The notes beneath the pieces were generated by a model. That model made no database searches. It worked only from the letters and a program-made list of their open reading frames with translations, and was not told the origin of the DNA. Positions 58,494 through 64,000 of a stretch of DNA of 64,000 bases are shown here, in pieces. A program made the translations under genes and the position numbers. Where the stretch lies: NCBI GenBank assembly GCA_965249575.1, contig OZ252244.1, positions 2,528,001-2,592,000 of the forward strand, written 5' to 3'. The number at the start of each line of letters is the position of its first letter. Position 1 is the stretch's first letter. This DNA is from Gemmatimonadales bacterium. GTDB lineage: Bacteria > Gemmatimonadota > Gemmatimonadetes > Gemmatimonadales > GWC2-71-9.

Positions 58494-58712
58494 ATGGGAA
58501 CCATCAAGGAGGACCTAGCGCAACCGGGCATTGACCTGGTCGAGACCCACATCTCGTGGGTTTTTCTGGCCATGAACGAGGTGTGGAAGGTCAAGAAGCC
58601 GGTTTCGCTCGGGTTCTTGAACTTCAGCACGCCTGACCGTCGCCGGAGGGCTTGTGAGGCGGAGATAAGACTCAACCGCCGCGCGCATTGCCCTTCTGGC
58701 CGGCGGGCCTGA
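58494..58712 (+). pseudogene. N-terminal fragment of bifunctional aminoglycoside-phosphotransferase/ATP-binding protein
   Basis: ETHISWVFL...KVKKPV.LGFLNFST...E.RLNRR then stop at 72 aa. Confidence 0.75.
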
Positions 58713-58816
58713 CGAACTGAAGCGGCTGCTCAACTTACGGCGGCTTGCTGCCAGCGGGGGCTCGTTTGATGGGCGCGCCTGCGGCAGGAGGTGCACACAT
58801 CTTCCCAGGAGATCCA

Positions 58817-59680
58817 ATGGTTTCATTGTCCAAGCGAGCCAGGCGCAGCATGGCGGTGTTGATTGTGCTGACGTTCGTCGGTTGCGGGACAGACCGTTCG
58901 GCGGAGTTGCAGGAGTCCCGAGCGGTCGCGTACGACCCGACCCAAGCCGGAGCGCTCCCCCAGGTAATTCTCGGAGCGGCACCTGCTCCCCGAGGGACCG
59001 ATTTCCGTTATGTGCCAAACGATTCCACGACCCGGGGTTACCTCGCGGTTCCCGGTGGGGAGGGCCCGTTCCCGGCGGTGGTGCTCATTCATGAATGGAA
59101 CGGCCTCGTCGACCGGATTCGGCAGATGGCCGACGCCTTCGCGGCGGAGGGTTACGTGGCCCTCGCGGCCGATCTGTACGCGGGCCGCACCGGCAGCAAC
59201 CGGGCAGAGAACATGGCGCTGGTGCGCGAGGCCCGAGCGGATTCAGCAGGCGTTATCGAGAACCTGGATGCGGCGGTGAAGTCCCTGCGCGCCCGGGATG
59301 ACGTCTCTGGGAAGGTGGCCACGATAGGGTGGTGTTTCGGGGGCGGGATGGCACTGAGCTACGCGTTGGGCGGCGGGAATCATGACGGAACGGCCATCTT
59401 TTACGGATCCCTAGTTGAAGATCCAGACCTCCTTTCCAGGATTCAGCACGAAGTGTATGGCACCTTCGCAGCGCTCGATCAGGGGATCCCGGCGGATCAG
59501 GTCGAGCGATTTGCACAAACGCTCCGCCGGATTGACATCCCGAACGACATTCACATCTACGACGACGTGAATCACGGCTTCTGGCTGCGCGTCGACGACG
59601 ATCCGAGCGCGCGAACCGCTCCGGCCCTCGACGCATGGGAACGACTCAAGGCCTATTTGGACCGGACGCTGGGGGGCTGA
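58817..59680 (+). CDS. Dienelactone hydrolase family lipoprotein
   Basis: IHEWNG, GWCFGG, HGF. Confidence 0.9.
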   Translation: MVSLSKRARRSMAVLIVLTFVGCGTDRSAELQESRAVAYDPTQAGALPQVILGAAPAPRGTDFRYVPNDSTTRGYLAVPGGEGPFPAVVLIHEWNGLVDRIRQMADAFAAEGYVALAADLYAGRTGSNRAENMALVREARADSAGVIENLDAAVKSLRARDDVSGKVATIGWCFGGGMALSYALGGGNHDGTAIFYGSLVEDPDLLSRIQHEVYGTFAALDQGIPADQVERFAQTLRRIDIPNDIHIYDDVNHGFWLRVDDDPSARTAPALDAWERLKAYLDRTLGG

Positions 59681-60209
59681 CGGCTTCAGGGTCGGCCACC
59701 GACCGCGCGTCAGAATCGGGTACTGCATCGGTGAACAGATTGGGAAAGACGGGCGGCGAGAACTCGCGAGCCTCCCCGTGAGCTATGGCCCATCCTAGAT
59801 GCGCGGACCAACCGAGCGTGTAGGTCGTGGCGATCGTGGCGATCGTGGCGGCGAGGAGGGTCCATCGCAGCCATGCCGATGGAGATTCGCCCTGGAGGAA
59901 TTGAAGGAGGGCCTGCGTGGCGGCGGCACCGAGAACGATCAGCCCAACGAACGCGGCCCTGCTCACCACGGCGTGGGCTTCTACATACGGGTTGTTGCGA
60001 CCGAGGTCGCCTTCGAGCAGCTCAAAAGCCGGCTGTCCGGAATGGTACGCGACTCCGCCGAGGAGCGCGCACCCAACGAGTGACGCATAGCCCAAACGGA
60101 GGAGCTGCTCTGCTCTGAGCACCTGCCCGAGGAGCAGCAGCGCCAGCGACCCGACACAGCCGACGACGCGTGCATGGACGATCACGAGGTGGACGTGGGC
60201 GGAGTTCAC
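59646..60209 (-). CDS. DUF2231-like membrane protein
   Basis: NSAHVHLVIVH + 4 TM. Confidence 0.55.
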   Translation of the reverse strand: MNSAHVHLVIVHARVVGCVGSLALLLLGQVLRAEQLLRLGYASLVGCALLGGVAYHSGQPAFELLEGDLGRNNPYVEAHAVVSRAAFVGLIVLGAAATQALLQFLQGESPSAWLRWTLLAATIATIATTYTLGWSAHLGWAIAHGEAREFSPPVFPNLFTDAVPDSDARSVADPEAVSPPASGPNRP

Positions 60210-60214
60210 CACCT

Positions 60215-61171
60215 CTATCCCGTGGTGATGGCCTCGCTGGGCGGTACGCCCTCGTCGATCTGCTCGTAGTCGAGCTCGCTTCCTCGCAGGCTGTGCGGGA
60301 TCAGATAGACGATCACCATGACGACCGTGGCGATCGCCACCGATGCCCGTCCCACGATTTCCTTCTTGCGGGGACGGAAGCCGATGGTCGTGCATGCGAC
60401 GACCCACACGAGCCACATCATGAGCATCTTGTTGTCCGTGAGGTCATAACCGAACGGGAAACCGGTCCAGTACTCTCCGAAGGCATATTTCTGGACGATG
60501 GGTCCCAGGATCATGCCCCCGACGGTCATCCCCGTCAGGGTGATCCACGCCAGTGGGCGCATGCCGCCGGGTGCGAATAGAGCCGAAAGCCCCGCACGCA
60601 TCCCGATGAGCACCGCGAAGAACATGAACAGGACGTGTGGCAGCAGGATGGCGAGTGGCACGTCGTCCTTGAACCGGATAATCACGTTATCGGCAGGGTC
60701 TTCGGGTATGCGGATGTCCCCAGACGGGGTCGTTAGGGTTATGAAATACTCTAGCTTTCCCGCCGCGGGTTGTGCGGGAAGGTGTCCGTAGAGCTCCCCG
60801 TCCGCGGAGTCCAGCTCCTGGGTAGCGAAGGCGTCGTCCGTTCTGAATCGCTTGTAATGGAGGTCCCCGGTGATTGGCGTATTCGGGTTGGGGAGGACGA
60901 CGCGAGCATTCCCCGTCGAGACGTGGCTTCGCACGAGTCGGTAATCGTAGCGCTCCCCGCCCACGGTGAGGTTGCCACGTTTCGGGTAAGTCGGTCCAGT
61001 GCGGCGTTGGTAGACCACGGCGCCGAGCATGAGGATTACCGCGGTTAGCCACAAGACAGCGGGCGACCAACGCTGCCGTCTCGGGGTGCTCACATCTCCG
61101 CGACGGGACGTCAGGCCGGTGTCCTGCGCCGCCACCTCGCTTCGCCCTTCATGTCCGGCCAGCCGTGTCAT
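60215..61171 (-). CDS. Membrane protein of unknown function
   Basis: YQRRTGPTYP...GPIVQKYAFGEYWTGFP...DLTDNK, multiple TMs. Confidence 0.7.
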   Translation of the reverse strand: MTRLAGHEGRSEVAAQDTGLTSRRGDVSTPRRQRWSPAVLWLTAVILMLGAVVYQRRTGPTYPKRGNLTVGGERYDYRLVRSHVSTGNARVVLPNPNTPITGDLHYKRFRTDDAFATQELDSADGELYGHLPAQPAAGKLEYFITLTTPSGDIRIPEDPADNVIIRFKDDVPLAILLPHVLFMFFAVLIGMRAGLSALFAPGGMRPLAWITLTGMTVGGMILGPIVQKYAFGEYWTGFPFGYDLTDNKMLMMWLVWVVACTTIGFRPRKKEIVGRASVAIATVVMVIVYLIPHSLRGSELDYEQIDEGVPPSEAITTG

Positions 61172-61319
61172 TCGTCATCCCCGCGGTGCAGTTTTCGGGA
61201 TCTCGCCGTCAACTCACCAATTTAAGGCGGCGCCGCGACCGCCGCCCACGGAAAGGGGGGGCGGATTCTCCGCCCCCCGAGGTCTGTCATATGGGAGCGA
61301 GGCAACAGACACTAAACGT

Positions 61320-61883
61320 GTGAGTGACCCGGACCGGTCTGGACGGAAAGCGCACTTGGACTCGAGGCCCGATTTTGTCGAAGCGGAGTTGACCCGGCTG
61401 CATGTCCCGGCATTTGGCTGGGCGATGAGTTGTTGCCGGTGGAACCGAATGGAGGCTGAGGACGTGCTCCAGGCGAGTTACCTGAAGATACTGGATGGTA
61501 GCGCTGTCTTTAGAGGGCGTTCGTCCTTTAGAACCTGGCTGTTTGGTGTGATCAGGCGTACTGCGGCCGAGCACCATCGCCGGAGTCGGCTCTCACTTTT
61601 CGGTCCGCTCGCGTGGCTGAATGGGCGCCCTGAAGGCCGGGATGAAGGGGCGGATCCGGAAGCCGCGACCGTCGAGGCGGAATCTAGTCAGCGACTCCGG
61701 CGAGCGCTGGGCTTTCTGTCGAAGCGTCAAGCTGCGGTTTTGCATCTCGTGTTTTATCAGGGCCTCTCCATCGAGGAAGCATCGCAAGTGCTAGGGGTAT
61801 CGGTCGGGACCGCGCGCACGCATTACGAGCGCGCAAAGGAAAGGCTACGTCGACAGCTGGCGGAGGCGCACGTCGATGGATGA
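61320..61883 (+). CDS. ECF sigma-70 factor
   Basis: AEDVLQ, FRGRSSFRTWL, region 4 HTH. Confidence 0.9.
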   Translation: MSDPDRSGRKAHLDSRPDFVEAELTRLHVPAFGWAMSCCRWNRMEAEDVLQASYLKILDGSAVFRGRSSFRTWLFGVIRRTAAEHHRRSRLSLFGPLAWLNGRPEGRDEGADPEAATVEAESSQRLRRALGFLSKRQAAVLHLVFYQGLSIEEASQVLGVSVGTARTHYERAKERLRRQLAEAHVDG

Positions 61884-62307
61884 GAAGCTGGGAGATCGCG
61901 AATTGCGAGAGGCACACGACCGCCTGCGGGGCGAAGTGGAGAGTGACGTTCCCACCTACGGACACATTCTCGCAAGGGCACGGGACGCGCCAGGGCGTCG
62001 TCCCTCGTGGTCGCGGCGGACGCGAACGGTACCTCTAACCGCAGCGGCGGCAGTCACCTTAGCGCTGGTCGTGTGGCTCGGAGGCCTTCTGGAGTCGGAT
62101 CCAACGCCAGATAGTACGGAGCTCGTCTTTGTCGTTGATCTGTCCTCGATCCGTTGGGCCGCCCCCACGGATTTCCTGCTCGAGACCCCCGGCAAGCGAC
62201 TCCTCCGTTTGATACCTGAGGTCGGCGGTCCCGGCGTGCCCCTCACCGTCGATCGTTCGGGCGACTCAACCGCGAATCTACCATACGAATGGAGCGAACA
62301 GTCATGA
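61876..62307 (+). CDS. Putative anti-sigma factor
   Basis: Single TM, coupled to ECF sigma. Confidence 0.6.
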   Translation: MDEKLGDRELREAHDRLRGEVESDVPTYGHILARARDAPGRRPSWSRRTRTVPLTAAAAVTLALVVWLGGLLESDPTPDSTELVFVVDLSSIRWAAPTDFLLETPGKRLLRLIPEVGGPGVPLTVDRSGDSTANLPYEWSEQS

Positions 62308-62735
62308 AACGTGCCTTTGGTTGGGTATGTGCCGCGACCGTGGCGGTCACTCCCAGCGTCACCGCCCAGGATTTCGAGCAACATCTGTTTCCACCAGAGC
62401 TTATCATGCAGCACCAGCGCACGATCGCGCTGCAAGCTCCTCAGCGCGCGTCGATCACGGCAGCGATACAGTCGCTCCAGGCGAATGTGGTCGATCTCGA
62501 ATGGGACATGCAAGCCGAGGGACAGAAGCTAACGGAGTTGCTAAACGGGCCAACCATCGACGAGGAAGCTGCCCTCGCGCAAGTCGACCGCGTGTTGGAC
62601 ATCGAACGGCAAGTCAAGAAGGCGCACCTCGGGCTGCTAATACAAATCAAGAACACGCTGACGGCCGAGCAGCAGGCGAAGCTGCGGCGGCTGCAGGATT
62701 CGTACAACGAGAATGAGAAGAAGCGACAAAATTAG
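62304..62735 (+). CDS. Spy/CpxP-like periplasmic protein
   Basis: Signal peptide; LTAEQQAKL motif. Confidence 0.75.
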   Translation: MKRAFGWVCAATVAVTPSVTAQDFEQHLFPPELIMQHQRTIALQAPQRASITAAIQSLQANVVDLEWDMQAEGQKLTELLNGPTIDEEAALAQVDRVLDIERQVKKAHLGLLIQIKNTLTAEQQAKLRRLQDSYNENEKKRQN

Positions 62736-62805
62736 GGTGTGTGTGTGTCCGTGGCAGGCGGTGATATCGGCTGCTGGGCTACCTCGTGCAGCAGCAGTCT
62801 TCACA

Positions 62806-63408
62806 CTATGATTTGGAAGTGTCGTCGGCGTCGGTCCCCCACGGGCGGATGAAATCCTCGTCCTCAACTCCCAGTGCGTCCGCCAGGCGCGTGAAATAGT
62901 TGAAAAGGGCGATCATCTGGACCGCGTCGTGAATTGCGCGATCGTCGAAGCCATGCTCCCGCAGGGGGTCGAGGTCTCCACGCGACATCGATCGCTGGCG
63001 GTGCGTGAGGTGCGCCGCAAACTCACAGAGCGCCGCATCGGCCGGTGTCAGGTTCGCGCTGCGCCAGTCCCGGACCACCGCGTGGACGAAGGTGTCGGCC
63101 TTTTCGGCATCCGGAACGTGTTCGGCGATCTCGGCACGGAGATCGTGGGCGTGGGCCTGCGTTCAGTGATGGCAGGCCGTTTCGGTGGAGACCACCGTGG
63201 CCAACAGCTCTCGTTGCATGCGCGATAGGCCAGACGGTCCGTGCATCACCGTCCGGTAGTGGTCTATGCAGGATTTCAAGACCGGTGGGTTGACGCTCAT
63301 GATGTGGACGATGTTCCAAATCCGCCCAGCGCGCTGTAGCGACTTGTCGAGCTCCCGCTTGAGCAGGCCTTCGGCCTCTTCGAGCGGTACCTGATAGATC
63401 CACGGCAT
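62806..63408 (-). CDS. AhpD/carboxymuconolactone decarboxylase-like peroxidase, probable selenoprotein
   Basis: One frame interrupted by TGA at 63163-63165 in C-H-H-[U]-T-Q-A-H; downstream hairpin. Confidence 0.8.
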
Positions 63409-63451
63409 TCGCGGCTCCGTAATGGGAGAGGTTGTCAGTGTGGCAACGTAT

Positions 63452-64000
63452 TCATCGTAACGCACCACTAGCGGATTCGTCATCGCGTCTGTTTTGGGGG
63501 AGTCCCGCGATCTTCGAGAGAAGGTCATGCACCTCGTCGGGATTCTTGACGACGTACGCGGCTCGAGTCGAGCGTGGCATTTCGGATACGAGAATCCCCA
63601 GCCCGCGGCGTTCCAGTGCGGCGAATGCATCCTCGTCGGTGGTGTCATCTCCCACATATATCGGCACAAGGTCCGGGCCGTCGAGGCCGAGTGCGTCGAG
63701 GAGCCACAGCACGGCGCTCCCCTTGTCCCACTCCATTGCCGGTCGGACCTCGAAGACCTTCTCGCCGTGCGTTTTGGTCAGCTGCGGGACTCGGTTCACC
63801 AACTCGTCCACCATTGCTTCGACAGTCGGAATCAGGTCCTCTCGGACGAGCCGGTAGTGAACGGCGACCGAAAATCGCTTGTTCTCCACCAGCACTCCCT
63901 CGATCCCCCGCGTGCGGGTAGCGAAATGCGCGGCGGCCTCTTGAAGCATCGGCAGGAGGTCGGCACCGATTTCATTTCGGATGGAAGCGCCCGGTCCTGA
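63452..64000 (-). CDS. otsB: Trehalose-6-phosphate phosphatase, 5'-partial
   Basis: VENKRFSVAVHYR, EVRP..WDKG, YVGDDTTDEDAF. Confidence 0.85.
   Translation of the reverse strand, partial: SGPGASIRNEIGADLLPMLQEAAAHFATRTRGIEGVLVENKRFSVAVHYRLVREDLIPTVEAMVDELVNRVPQLTKTHGEKVFEVRPAMEWDKGSAVLWLLDALGLDGPDLVPIYVGDDTTDEDAFAALERRGLGILVSEMPRSTRAAYVVKNPDEVHDLLSKIAGLPQNRRDDESASGALR

Noticed and set aside
61256..61278. GC hairpin between divergent genes as a terminator
   Set aside because: No U-tract and it lies in a promoter region; function not supportable

Overview
GC-rich bacterial chromosome, probably Gemmatimonadota (inferred from a lineage-typical pilin domain, an RCC1 lipoprotein and the amidohydrolase array). 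The centre is an apparently complete ~36.9 kb siphovirus-like prophage integrated in tRNA-Lys(CTT): attL core 5551-5571, attR core 42491-42511. Its gene order is integrase/excisionase, replication genes (Prim-Pol-DnaB fusion, initiator with internal iterons, SSB-like), immunity switch, an ~8 kb accessory hotspot, and leftward lysis, tail, head and lambda-like packaging genes with a cosQ-like site. The hotspot (14.1-21.8 kb) is the most unusual part. It is a layered patchwork of cargo genes: RCC1 lipoprotein, a direct-repeat-flanked BRCT gene, a Pro-rich peptide, a Pycsar-effector-like membrane protein, a chimeric type IV pilin-domain protein, an orphan HicB and a three-gene DUF433/DUF5615 toxin-antitoxin operon. 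Mixed in are relics (truncated RelE-like toxin, N6-methylase fragment, 3TM-holin tail) and a duplicated 80-bp 'HTH-gene tail + promoter' unit. Integration swaps the tRNA T-stem. Host flanks carry metabolic genes, several frameshifted or truncated genes, and an AhpD/CMD gene with an in-frame CxxU TGA and a SECIS-like hairpin (likely selenoprotein). All family calls are by motif recognition, not database search.
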